From Camelus dromedarius (lineage: Eukaryota): a DNA stretch of 64,000 bases. The stretch is from assembly GCF_036321535.1 (NCBI RefSeq), contig NC_087436.1, positions 78,804,001-78,868,000 on the forward strand, read 5' to 3'. Below are positions 1 to 12,306 of this stretch, one piece after another. A program made the translations under genes and the position numbers. The stretch's first letter is position 1. The number at the start of each line of letters is the position of its first letter. The notes under the pieces were generated by a model. The model was not told the origin of the DNA and did not search any database. It saw only the letters and a program-made list of their open reading frames with translations.

Positions 1-1386
1 AGACTTCAGCCAATGGTATTCAAAACAGCCCTGCTGGAGCCAAACCCAGAGCTGACAGATGGTTTCTCTCCTAATCTAGTTTGATTGAGTGAGACATTTG
101 ATTTGAGCTTCTATTAAAGGCAAAAAATGTATTTAATAGTTTGATGATGCCTGGCCTATTTTCAGTGAAAGCATGTAAGTCTTTCTGTCTATAACACTGA
201 CCTCTTGCTACTACCAGCCCTCATTTAATACGTCCAGGGTCAAATCCTTGAGGGAAGGCTCAGGACTTACTAAGTCACTTATTTTTCTACCACATTGAGA
301 AAAGCAGTTGTGAAAAATGTCCAAATGATGTGCTCGTATTTGGGCGATGGGATGGGAGATGGGGAAGGTTTGATTTCTTCCTTTCCGCATGAATTTGTTT
401 TCTTCTTAAGAGTCAGAAATGATACCCATCTATCTCCCAGGTATGCTCAGTCTTGTGTTTCCCCCTTCGTGGTGGCTAAATAAACTCCTGCTGATTATTA
501 GAAAGAAAGGCAAAACATTTTCTAGTGCTGTTTTCTGTTGGGAGGTTGATGGGGTGTTAGTTTGGGAAGGCAGCCTTCTGGGTGAAGTCATTGCCTCATA
601 CCTGGGGAGAATGATTATAGTGTGAAATTGCAGAGAGACTTAATCACCCCTCTGAGGGCCATGTATCTCCAAACATTGTCACCTTCTGAGGGACTAGGGG
701 TTAGGATTTCAATGTGTAAATTTGAGTGGACAAAATTCAGCCCACAAAACAGTCTTTGCCTGTTTCACTTCTTAGCGTAATCTTATCCCTGGGGCTTAGT
801 GGGTGACATCTTAGAGGGGAGGTACACTTTCTAACACTGACACTCTCGAGTGGCTCTGTGATTAGACAGTCCTCACAGATGTGAGTGTATCTTGCATGCC
901 CCCATCATATGTGCTTCAAATAAGTTTTCCAAGTTCAGGCAAGTCTTCAAGACCTGCTTATGAAAGGAAACCTGTACTCAATACTTCTGTAAAATTAAGA
1001 ATTGTTTTCTAATTTATTTACTTTTGTAAGTTTGTATCTCTGGGTCCTACCTGTATTCACAAAGAGTGACAGCTCAACAAAAAAAATGTTGAGGTCCTGT
1101 TACACGGTAAGCTCTCTGGGGGTAGCTTAGGGTACAACTGTACACAATGCAGACTTCGACCTGCCTGCCAGGGGTTTCACATTTAACAGGGCAAAGGAAG
1201 GAATGACTTCCAAACTTAAGACACAGCAATGCTAAATAGTTTCTTTCTGCATTGCAGTGAGTGCTTTGCATCCAACCATCCATCCATCCAGTAACATTTA
1301 TTGAGCACCTCCCACCTCAGGCCCTGTTCTGTGGGCTGGGGAAACACAGGTAATTAAGACTGGCCTGGGCTGCATGGCTCTTACAT

Positions 1387-1645
1387 GGGGATTGTTGGGT
1401 GGGAGGGGATAAATTGGGAATTCGAGATTTGCCGAAACTAACTACTATTACAAAACAGATAAACAAGGCCATACTGTATAGCACAGGGAACCATAATCAG
1501 CGTCTTACAGTAACTTATAATGAAAAAGAACATGAAAAGGAATATATGTGTGTGTATATATACAATATACGTATGACTGAAACATTATGCGGTACACCTG
1601 AAATTGACACAACATTGTAAACTGACTGTGCTTCAGTTAAAAAAT
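1387..1645 (+). mobile_element. L1 LINE 3' end, 5'-truncated
   Basis: Typical L1 3'UTR: ...ACTGTATAGCACAGGGAAC...AAATTGACACAACATTGTAAACTGACT...A-tail. Confidence 0.85.
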
Positions 1646-1664
1646 AGAAATGATGGGAAATAAG

Positions 1665-2002
1665 TGTTACAGCAACATGAATCCTGTCGAGAGACCAAGC
1701 GACACTCGGAGAGTTGGAGAACTCAGGTTTATTAAGCCGGTGGGCCCAGTGGAATTAACACTCCAAGCTTTGGACCCCGTCTGTAGGTTTACACAGGTGC
1801 TTATAGGGTTTTAAATTTGCACCATATGCAAATGAGGTGTTAGAAATGGACCAGTCAGGAGTGAGCTTTTGGGAACCAATAGAATTTTAGGGGTAAGTTT
1901 CGTTTTCCTAGAAGCAAGCCGCTTTATAGAAGCACAAAAGCGGGAAGACAGTGGCCCTGCCTGGGAGGTCCTGCTGGTCCCTTTGTGGGTTTTGCCCCTT
2001 CA
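1665..2002 (-). mobile_element. ERV1-type solo LTR
   Basis: TG...CA termini with a 4-bp TSD TAAG (1661-1664 and 2003-2006). Minus-strand TATAAG (1800-1805) and AATAAA (1728-1733). Confidence 0.75.
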
Positions 2003-5000
2003 TAAGTACACAAAATTGGAAAAAAAAGGGGCCGCCGAGGGAATTGTGAATTCTTTGCCTAATCATTTAATAGCTGCAGCTGTAATAGATTCAGAAAATT
2101 GAGCCAAATGTAGTCAAAACTATGTGGAGTTTCCCTTTCTAATGAAGATTTTTTTTCTTTTTCTTTTCTTCTTCTCTTGCCCATTATTTTTTCTAAAATA
2201 GAGTGCTGAGCAAAATTTCAGTGATTTGAGGTGTCATTTGCAGACGGGTTTGCTAAGGTTCTATGGTACCGCCAGTGGTCTTTCAAGCCTGATGGTGCTT
2301 TCATTTGATTTTCTTTTTGATGCAAAAAGAATTTTTAAAGTGCACTACAATCATTGGCCTAGAAATTGTAAAAGGGTGTTCTTCTCAACTAAAACCCTAA
2401 AGTGCTATATATCCACCAGCCAGGAGCATTCGGCTGTTTAGAGCTGCAAAGGCCAGTGAAAAGGGGCTAGCAAAAAAAAAAAAAAAAAAAAAAGATAAAT
2501 TTGCATACTTTTAAAGAGTAATTGTATTTTTACACCTCTTCAAGCTGTCCTGTTTTCTCTTTCTTATGTGACAGCGCTGAAGTCAAAGCAGATGGAAAAA
2601 CAACAGACTGTTACAACAAAAGACATTGTATCAGTCAGATTAACCAGGACAAGCTGGTTGGAAGATTTGAATGATCTCTGAGCCTTATGCACACAGCCTC
2701 TATCTAACATGGAATGAGGAACTTTGGCAGCCACATCACTACGGCATGTGATGGTTGGTGACCTTATTCTGAAGCATGTTATTGTTTCCAAGTAGTATAA
2801 TGCTGCAATTTCCTGGACACAGCAATGCTTGTTTTAAGGCCATCTTAGGTGGAAACTTAAAAAAACAAACAAACACAAAGAGAAACAAAAACAAAAAACA
2901 CAAGATTGTTTAGAAATAGCTAGCCATGGCAATGACTAGCTATTTCCATGAATATTAACCAGTCTCAGGACTATCTCCACCAATTATTTGCATGAACTCC
3001 AAACAGAGGGTCAGTTTTCTGAGTGATGCTCTGTCTTTGAGCCTCTTCCCTTTTCTTTCTTTGCTAGGGATACACAACTAGGATGGCTTTTGGCCACATC
3101 TTGTACTTGGGTAAAGCAGAATCTAGCATTTCCTAAGCTTGCTTGTTCTGGATTCCTGTAGTGTGATCTAAGAAGGGACATAATTGATCATTTGTTCTAC
3201 CTTTTACATATTATGGATGAAGAAGCAGAGGTTTTGCATATTTCTCCTAGGCTGTTTGTCTCCCAACAAAGTAACAATCTAACCATCCTTGGGTTGTATA
3301 AATGTGCGCCAAGGAATCAAGTAATGTTTAAACAAAACCACATTAAAACAGCCTGTCCATTTCAGTGTCTTAAAATGGATCCAAGCCCCTGGCTTCAAAC
3401 TGAATAAAAAGGTGGTGGAAAAGGCTCCAGTGTATCATTGCTTAAAAATTTCCCACCTAGAGGCAAAAATCAAGGTCTTCACTTTTAAAGTAGTGTTTTG
3501 AAACCATCCAGGTTCACGTATTCACTTGGAGATCATTTTTCAGGTTTTGCTTTGGTTGGTTGGCCGTGGGGCACTGAGTATGCACACTCTAGCAAGCTGA
3601 CTCTGAGAATGTGGACCCTGTGTGTTACAAATAGCTCAGTTTAGCAGGAGGTGTAGAGAACAGTGCAAATAGATACGCTCATTGGTTGGCACCTCTGGAA
3701 CAAGCACTTTATGATGCCAGGAGCCCTTAAGTGCCTTTTAGTCCAGGGAAGGGAGTCCACGGAGCCCAGCTGGCTCTAAAGAAGCCGTTCGTGCACTCAT
3801 GGGCAGGACCTGCGGGGCCAGGAAGGAGCTGAAGTGGGTCTTCCCGCCCCCTCCACCTCAGGTGTGAGGAGCCTGTTGGCTGGAAGGGGAGAGTCATGGC
3901 CCACATTGCTCGCATGCTCGTGCTTTGAGACACTGGATGCTCAGTTAGCAGCCCAGGTCATCTTCCACCGATGATCACACTTATCACAACGTGTAGCTGG
4001 TAGGGGTCCCCTTCCTCCCATCCCCACCCTCGGAACACAGTGTTGCCGTGGAACTCAGGTAAGGAGCACCGTCTACCTGCAGCTCCCTTGGTTTGCAATC
4101 TGCACGCTGTAAGCAAAGGCTTAAGTGAAACCTGGTAAGGAGAACACAACCACACCCCATCCAGGGGCTTTGTCCACAACCAGCAGGGTGGGACGGGCAT
4201 GGGGGAGGAGGTGGTGGCTCTGCCCTGCAGTTGGTGCTTCTATTAGAAAAGCAACCTCGGAGATTTCCCTCCGGGACACGAAAGGGTGGGAAATGGGGGA
4301 GGGGAGGGGACACTGATATAGTGAATCCAGAGTTGTCGGGACCCAGACAGGTACAGTCACTTTTTCTCTAGTGACTGTAGGTGAGGAAGGAGACTCGGGG
4401 CAAAGCCTTCACAGCCCGACCAGCTCAGGGGCTGGCAGCTGGCCTTTTCCTTTTGAATCCTGTGAGGAAGTCAGGGCAGGACGCGGCTGACTGGTCTTCC
4501 AGGTGTCCCGTCAGAGGCATTGTGGTGGGGGAGGGTGCGGTGAGAGGAAGAGGAGAGAAAAGGCTGTCACCGAGCCCACACAAGCTGCTCGGACACAGGC
4601 TTCTTGCCTTATAGGCACTCCTGGGCCAGCATTTTCCTTACTCCTCCAATGGTGCAAATTTAGAACCAGGAACATTCCTGAGGCAGTGGGGGCACGGACG
4701 GACTCCCCAGCCCCCTGGGAGAATGGGAGAGGAGTTTCCAAGTCATTTATAGCACTTCCTTGACGTCGAGGAAGGGGAGGGAGGGGATTTAGACTCACCC
4801 TGAACTAAAAATGGGGAAATTTTTTTGAAAAGGATTATAAAGCTTATTTCTTTCCTTCCTTGTTTCTCACATGAGCAGCCACGGAGAACGCAAGCTGGGC
4901 GTTCAGTCTCCTCTGTAACTGGGGACAGGACTGAAATGGATAAATGAACCTCACAGATAATCCCCAAAGCTCATTCTTCTCCATTAGCTTCAACCTCTTT

Positions 5001-5270
5001 CCTGCACAAATCTATCCCGGCTCCTGATGGGGAGAGAGATGGGCTGAGAGAATGAAGCCTGGCCTGGCCTCTGATGGGGTGTGAGGGCACGGGAAAGGAG
5101 CCGGAGGTGCAGAGGGCCCCTTGCCAGGCCCTACCGAGGCTCTGCAGGCCAGCAGGGGCTCTGTCCACAGAGCCAACAGGCTTACTGAAATGCCCGAGCG
5201 GGACAGGATAACCCAGTCCAGCTGGTTCCTTTCCAGAAGCGGACACAGAGGCTCTGAGAGGGTCGAGCCA

Positions 5271-5769
5271 TGTAGCGGGTGCCAAATTTTCCTCTACTTT
5301 CTTACCGTCAGGCTGGGCCTGAGAGTTAAGTTGTTATAAGATGTATGCCCAGGAGAAAAGTATACAGATTTGATTAGGACATGAACATGGACATGGGAGC
5401 CTTCCCAGGAAAATGAAGACCCCGAGAGTGGTTGGGCCTAAGTGCTTCTATACGAGGTTGAACAAAGAGTAGTGATTGTGAAAAAGTAACTAGGACATAG
5501 CAGGAGGCTCCAGGGAGACAAGGGTTGCTTTAACAAGGTTGGTTTGTAGTGCTTTCTCTTGGCACCTTCTGTCTGTCTCTGGTGGTAGGAATGTTCCTTT
5601 CCTCCTGGTACCGAGAAGGCATCTTCCACATGGGAGTTGTGCCTCCTGCTTTTAGGAAGGAAAAAGGAAGTCAGAGTGCCCTTTTTTGCATCTGCTGTTC
5701 TTCAGGTGGCTTTAACTCAAAATAATCTCATGTCAAACCGGCATATTTGGGCACATTCTGCTATCCCCA
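5271..5769. mobile_element. ERV1 (MER4-group-like) solo LTR
   Basis: TGTAG...CCCA termini, near-matching flanks gcca/tcca, LTR-like internal motifs. Confidence 0.55.
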
Positions 5770-6077
5770 TCCAGCTAGCTAGGAACAAAACCAGAACTGG
5801 AGGCTGGTCCTCCTCACTTCCAGCCTGTGGTTATTTGACTACATCTGTGTCTGTCTCAATTCTGGGGCAGCTAGTCACCCCCAGGGATGTCTCCTGGGGT
5901 TTACGATGCACCAGGCCTTGTGCTCTAGGCCGTCGGGTTTCTCTGATGCACAAAACTGTTACTGTTCCTCCTTTGTGGTTGAGGACACTGACGTTCAGAG
6001 AGGTTCAGTGGGTTAGCAAATGGTGCTTTTATGTGCTTCAGCCTAAAAACACAGCAAGTTAGACCAAGAGTTAGAAT

Positions 6078-6594
6078 TTGAAATCTTGTTATTTGTGACA
6101 ACAAATATGGACCTTGAGGGCATTATGCTAAATAAAATATGTCAAGCAGAGAAAGGCAAATACTGTGTGATCTCTCTTATATATAGGCTCTAAAAAAAAA
6201 AAAGAAAGAAAGGAAAACAAAACCACGAACTACAGACTCATAGATACAGAGAACAGACTGGTGTGGGGGTGGGGAATGTGTGGCAGAAATGCGTGAGGAG
6301 AGTCAAAAGCTACAAACTTCCAGTTATAAGATAAATATGCCCTGGAGATGTAATATACCGCACGGTGACTGGAGTTAATAATACACTATCGTATACTTAA
6401 AAGTTGCTAAGAGGGTAGATCTTGAAAGTTCTCATCGCAGGAAGAAAAATTTTGTAAGTACGTTTGGGATGGTTGTTAACTAGACTTACTGTGGTGATCG
6501 TTTCACAGTGTATACAAATATCAAATCAGTATGTTGTACACCTGAAACTAGTATAACGTTATATGTCAACTTCATCTCAATTGGGGAAAAAAAA
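6078..6594 (+). mobile_element. L1 (L1MA-like) 3' end
   Basis: TGGACCTTGAGGGCATTATGCTAAATAAAAT...TATATGTCAACTTCATCTCAAT followed by an A-rich tail. Confidence 0.85.
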
Positions 6595-8004
6595 GGGAAT
6601 TCAAACTCAGGTCTTGGGGTCCAGTGCTATTTCTACTACTCCACTAAGCTGGAGCTTTTTGCAGTATTTTTTTCCCATTCAATTCTTTTTTATAGATTGT
6701 ATCTATTTTTATTGCTTCATTATATTTTGGGAATGAATGAGGCATATGCACTTTTTTTTTTAATCAAGAATATTCTATCCTTTCAGCTGCAGTCTGTGTT
6801 CTCCCATTCAGACTCAGTTATTTCCCCTCAGTTTTGATCTCCCAGGTCCCAGAAACGCACCAACTTGAGGAGTGTCTGAAATCTGAAGGCAGGAATATTC
6901 TCGTCTCTGCTGCTCCCAGTGAATATTAAGGCTGGGTGGGACCTTAGACAGAGTCTGGTTTCATCCTCTCTCTTTGCAGATGAGAAAACTGCTCCAACCT
7001 CTCCAGGGCCACCTGGGATAGGCTCGAGAGACCCCTGCTTTCTTCCCTTAGGTGCTGCTGAGACCTGCAGGGAATGTCAATACGGAAGACTCTAGCGTGC
7101 TGTAACCTTCACCTGCTCCACCAGATCATTGCAACCCTTATCTCATTTGTGGGGACTGCTGATAAAGGCATGGCGCTCAGGTTCAGAGGAGTGAGGTTCC
7201 GGATTTAGCTGGACTAGCTGGGGAACAGCCTCCTTTGGTGAGAAGATTCCAAATAGCTGTTCCAAATGTAATATTTTCTATTATTGGACAACCAAATCAG
7301 TTTAGTAGTTTTAAGGGTCAAAGTTTCACAGAAACATCCCCACGCAGGGCCACTTTAGTTCATGCTGATACCAACTCATCTGGGAATATACACCCACACT
7401 GGACCAACACTCCATACAAGGTCTTAGCGATCTATGACTGGGGTACAAAGCAGCTGGAAAGTGCCCGGTAAGTGTCCTTACGAATGAGTTCTGGTCTGGC
7501 ACCCCCCAGTGGCTGGACTCCCACTCAACAGCGGGGAGGCTAAGATGTCTCCATCTGATGGCAGGAGCAGGATGGGCAGAGTCAGGCAGCCCAGGGAGGT
7601 GGGGGGCAGAGCTGAGAGGGGCAGGGCTGCAGTGAGGGTGGAGTCCATCTCCCCCACCTCTGGTCACTGCTGGTGGGGCCTGCCGGGGCTCTGGGGACGG
7701 AGGTATCCTTCATGCTGTTTTAGGTCACATGGAGGAGCTGGGCTCCATGTGTCAGCTGGAAGTGACAGTGTTGGTAAGTGAGAAGTGTCACCGCTGTGGG
7801 TTCTGCATTCCAAATAAAACTTGCTGACTTCCCCTCTGGTAACACCTTAGGCCAACGGGATAGGAGAAGTCTGGTCTCTGGGGTCGTTAGAGCCCAAGTC
7901 AAACATGAATTATGTGGTCCTCACGAAGCATCAGGCACCCTGGAGTGACATTCTCTAAACAATATTTAAGTATCTGGCCAAGAACATGAACGAATTCATA
8001 ATCA

Positions 8005-8010
8005 TTTATT
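8005..8010 (-). terminator. Polyadenylation signal AATAAA (distal) of SCD5
   Basis: tttatt on the plus strand; downstream minus-strand sequence is U/GU-rich (TTCGTTCATGTTCTTGG). Confidence 0.65.
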
Positions 8011-8081
8011 GTAAATCGCTCATAGTTTACACATTATTAATGGCAAAAATAACACTGTTAAACACCTGCTGGATGAAGAAC

Positions 8082-8087
8082 TTTATT
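8082..8087 (-). terminator. Candidate proximal polyadenylation signal AATAAA
   Basis: tttatt on the plus strand, 77 nt upstream (in transcript sense) of the distal hexamer. Confidence 0.35.
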
Positions 8088-9322
8088 ATGACAATTTCAT
8101 ATTGGCGTCACTCCTTTTTCAAAAATTTTAAATCGAAATTGAAATCCTACAGCTTCTCTATCTTAGAAGCACTATCTTCCAAGTGCTCGAATGCCAACAC
8201 TATATGGCTTTCTTCTGCTCTAACACCTAACACGAAGGGCACGCTGTCCCATTAATTCGACATGCTCTTTACAAGGCAACTTAACACACAGAAATTTTTT
8301 TAATCCAGAAGCTACATAATGATCACTTTATATCTTGCTGAGAAATCAACGAAGGCCGCATGCAGGTGAAACATGAGTAGACACAGAGTTCTAGACAACT
8401 GTCGCTTATTAGGGTCTGGCTGGCCTGATGTGGAAAATTAATATGCTTATTTAGCAGAAGTAGGTAAAGCTGTACTTAGATCATGCATCAGTGGCTGGGA
8501 TCAGTTAGAATATAAATTAGGTGTCTAAACATTTAAATGAGAGCTTAATTTGAGCTTAATTTGATGTCCAGCACTTCTGAGTTCTACACCTTAAAATGAC
8601 AATACGAAGAGAACAAAATCAAACACCTACAACAGGCATTGATTTATAGGGTCAGCTGAGCATGCAGCTCAGGACACAAAATCGGCTGAGCCAGGAACAG
8701 ATCTCCTAAAGCAAAGACAGTGCAGCATTAACAAGCTGGAAACGGCAAAAAAATAAGAGAGCCAGTTCCCATATTCTCCTCTTTTTTTTTTTTTTTTTAA
8801 CGTTTTCAATTTTTTTACTTAAAAATAACAACAAAAACACACAGACAATGTTAATGAAACAGAAGCATTCTTTAGTTTGTACTTGGACCCTCTCTTTTTT
8901 GTGTTCTACCCTGCCCTCTGCTCCTTCAGATTGTGTGTTTAAAAATAATGCTAAGTTAATTGGTAGAAAAAGAAAACAGATGCTCTCCTGCAAGAATATT
9001 AAATTCCTTCATCCTGTCAGGGTTAACATCACACACAAGCACATGACAATGTAGGTTTGACATACTGTCACTACAGCGATTAGATCACGTGTCCGCGCTC
9101 TAGTGTTACATCATAGTTACACTGTCTTCTAAAAAATTCTTCTCATTGATAGTTGTATCTTGACATTATTTTCAGACAAACAAAAAAATCCCAAATCACG
9201 TAGATTCCACTCCCTCCCCACCCTGGACCCCCTCCCACGAGCCAATGGACAAGAGAAGTGTAGTAACAAAGGCCGTGAGCCGACACGTCGTCGACAGGCA
9301 GACATGGATGGAGGGCCCACAG

Positions 9323-9513
9323 TCAGGCGCTGCCGTCTCCAGTCCTGGCTTTCCGGGCCTCGATCATCGGCTTGGTGGCCCGTTTGCGGTCAGTGGCCAG
9401 TCCCAGCCAGCACATGAAGTCAATGAACCAGGTGGTTGGGTTGAAATTTAAGCCAAATTCACTTGCAGAGTAGTCAAAGGGAAAGGTGTGATGATAATTA
9501 TGGAAGCCTTCAC
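9323..9513 (-). CDS. SCD5: SCD5 last coding exon 5, CDS part (191 nt incl. TGA)
   Basis: ttccag|GT GAA GGC. Translates GEGFHNYHHTFPFDYSASEFGLNFNPTTWFIDFMCWLGLATDRKRATKPMIEARKARTGDGSA* with the third His box HNYHH and an SCD5-type C-terminus. Confidence 0.97.
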
Positions 9514-10285
9514 CTGGAAGACAAAGCGGGCTTGAATTAAACCAATCACCACCTCTGCGGAGAGTTTTAAAAATCACTCATTTATTGCAAGACATTGGGT
9601 CAAGCTCCATGGGGAGCAAAAGACTGACTTGGTGTCTGCCCTTAGGAAGTGTTCACTTAATTGGTTAGACAAACTTGACATGAACAGGAAAATAACAATA
9701 AAGTTACCAGCAAAGTCACAAGATACACGCTCCCTATGAATTGGAGACATGCTACCATGACTTCAGAGCTGTACTTCTTCAGCTAAAAGCCAAATAATGG
9801 ATAACAGGTCATCATTTTGATGTATGTTTATAAAAGGAAAACAGCCTCTGTGGACTAATTAAAGGAAGATTTCTTGAGAGAGCTTGGAAGAGATAAATGA
9901 TAATCGCGTAGATGGGTAAGTGAATTAAGGAGTTGGATCTTAAAATATCCAAAATCTGCCTACTTATTATTCCACCCTTCACAGTGAATAGCTTTTCCTC
10001 CCTTAATCCCCTCCACCATAAGGCGTTTACAGGAGGGGTCTCAAGGCTTCTTTCATTTGATTTTTAAAAAAACAGCTTTACTGAGATACAATTCACTGTA
10101 TAATTAACCATACAATTCACCCATTTAAAGTATACAATGTAATGGCTTTTAGTATATTCACAGAGTTGTTCATGCATCACCACAGTGAATTTTATAACAT
10201 TTTCATTTCCCCAAAAGAAACCCCACTCCTCTTGGCTGTGGACACCCAGCCATCCTCATATCCCTTCAGTCCTCCTTTCTTTTTC

Positions 10286-10778
10286 TGTGATGGTTCATTT
10301 TATGTGTTAACTTGACTGGCCAAGCAGGGCCCAGATTCAACATTATTTTTGGGTGCGTCTGTGAGGGTGTTTCTGAGTGAGATTAGCATTTGAATCAGTG
10401 GACCCAGTAAAGTGGATGGTCCTCCCCAAGGTGAGTAGGCGTCAGCCAATCTGTTAAGGGCCTGAATAGAACAAATGGTGGAGGAAGGAGGAATCGGCCA
10501 TTTTCCTAACTCACTGATCGAACATCTATCTCATATTCTGCTGCCCTCTGAGTGGGATTTGCATCCTCAGCTCCCCTGGTTCTCAGGCTTTCAGACTTAG
10601 ACTTAATTACAGCACTGGCTTCCCTGGGTCTCCCCACTGCAGACGGCAGATGGTGGGGATTCTCAGCATGAGCCAAGTTCTCATTGTAAGTCCCTCTCTC
10701 TCTCCCTTCCTGTACACACACACACACACACACACAAACAGGATACATCTACATTTATATATAGATATTCTTTTTCTG

Positions 10779-10830
<52 letters not shown>

Positions 10831-10923
10831 TAGATAGATTTACTGAGTAATATAAAATATATTTATTTGCATATAGTTATATATACACTGTTTCTATTTC
10901 TTTGGAGAAGCTTTACTTATACA
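10286..10923 (+). mobile_element. MLT2 (ERVL) LTR nested in L1
   Basis: Starts TGTGATGGTTCATTTTATGTGTTAACTTGACTGG and ends ...TTTGGAGAAGCTTTACTTATACA; contains internal (CA)n and (GATA)n tracts. Confidence 0.8.
10779..10838 (+). repeat. (GATA)n tetranucleotide microsatellite
   Basis: About 13 uninterrupted GATA units plus an interrupted tail. Confidence 0.95.
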
Positions 10924-12185
10924 ATCTCTATAGATTTGCCTATTCTGAACATTTCATATAAATAAAATCATACAATGTGTAGTCCTTTGTGACTGGCTTC
11001 TTTCACTTAGTATAATGTGTTCAAGGTTGTAGCAGGTATCAGTACTTCATTTATTTTAATTGCTGGATAATATCCCATTATATGGATGGACCACATGGTA
11101 TTTATCCATTTATCGGTTGATGGACATTTGGATTATTTCCACTTTTCAGCTATTATGAATAATGCTGCTTGGAACATTCATACACAAGTTTTTGTGTGGA
11201 CATACATTTTCATTTCTCTTGGGTATAAATCTGGCAGTGGAGTTATTACTGGATCATATAGTAACTATTTAACCATTTGAAGAACTGCCAGATTCCTCCT
11301 TTATTTCTTAAGTGGCTACTGGTCATCATATGGTTTTTCTGTTGACCAGTTTTGAAAGATTCTGCTCTACCATGAGTTCATCAGATGGACTGATCTGTGG
11401 TCTGTGATTTTCTTTTTAATTTAGGTCTTCTCTACCCTGCTTCTCCACCCTCATCCTTCTTGGACCAGAGTACTAGAGTTTTCCCCTATTTTCAGAAACA
11501 GGCATTGTTCTAAGAGTCCTGAATGTATTGCCCCATCTACCACACAGTGGGTATAACAGAGTCTTCCAAGGACTAATATCGAGAAATCTGACTGGGAGCC
11601 CAGTGTGGATGTGGGTAGACTTAAAGCCAATACCCAGCTCTTCAGGGCCTGTGTCATGGCCAGACATTCCCGGTCCACCAACCACTCCCTATGTGAGAAG
11701 GTAACAGTCCATCTTGTGCCCACTCTGGTATGCTCTCAGAGTCCCCACTGGATATGACTCCCCTCATTACAATTCTTTTATAAGATGAACAGTGAGAGGA
11801 GGAGAAAACAAGAGGAATCTCTCACTTTTCTCTCTGCTGATCCGGTGTTCTTTTCACCTTATTTTGCTCTTGTCAACACAAGACCCCTGGGGTCTTAACT
11901 GGGTGACCCTAAAAACGTGATGGCAGAAACTCATTGCAGAGTGATGCAGAGATCGTCTCTACTTAACAGCAGGAACCTCCCTCTTTGGGTTGATCTTCAT
12001 GCCCAAGGCTCAGCTTACCAAGAAGCCCAAGATGCCTCTATCAAGGTACAGCTAATATTTTATATTAGTCACTTACTGTGTGCCAGCCACAGTGCTAAGT
12101 GCTTTAAAGGGTTTTAATGACTGTAATCTTCACATCGCTGAGCTAGCTGCTGTGACTGTCCTCATTTTAAGCCCCTTTAAAAAAA

Positions 12186-12306
12186 TTTGAGGGGGGTGGG
12201 AGAGGTAATTAGGTTTATTTATTTATTTAATGGAGGTACTGGGGATTGAACCCAAGACCTCATGCCTGCTAGGCATGTGCTCTACCACTGAGCTATATCC
12301 ACGCCC
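12186..12306 (-). mobile_element. tRNA-derived SINE (Vic-1-like, camelid)
   Basis: A/B-box tRNA head plus tail AAACCTAATTACCTC. TSD TCCTCATTTTAA at 12159-12170 and 12310-12321; inserted into a MIR. Confidence 0.85.

Larger units (their letters stand above)
7985..9322 (-). other. SCD5: SCD5 3'UTR (3' end approximate)
   Basis: Repeat-free, AU-rich sequence after the stop codon. It ends at AATAAA hexamers (minus strand 8082-8087 and 8005-8010) followed by U/GU-rich sequence. Confidence 0.7.
10061..11295 (-). mobile_element. L1MB-like 3' fragment split by an MLT2 insertion
   Basis: CAGCTTTACTGAGATACAATTCAC...CACCCATTTAAAGTATACAAT at 10061-10285. Resumes with GATTTGCCTATTCTGAACATTTCATATAAAT at 10924-11295. 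Confidence 0.8.

Noticed and set aside
9143..9325. TGA-C stop context with an open frame of about 59 codons after the SCD5 stop (possible readthrough)
   Set aside because: The context is UGA CUG rather than the UGA CUAG readthrough motif, and there is no evidence of conservation.
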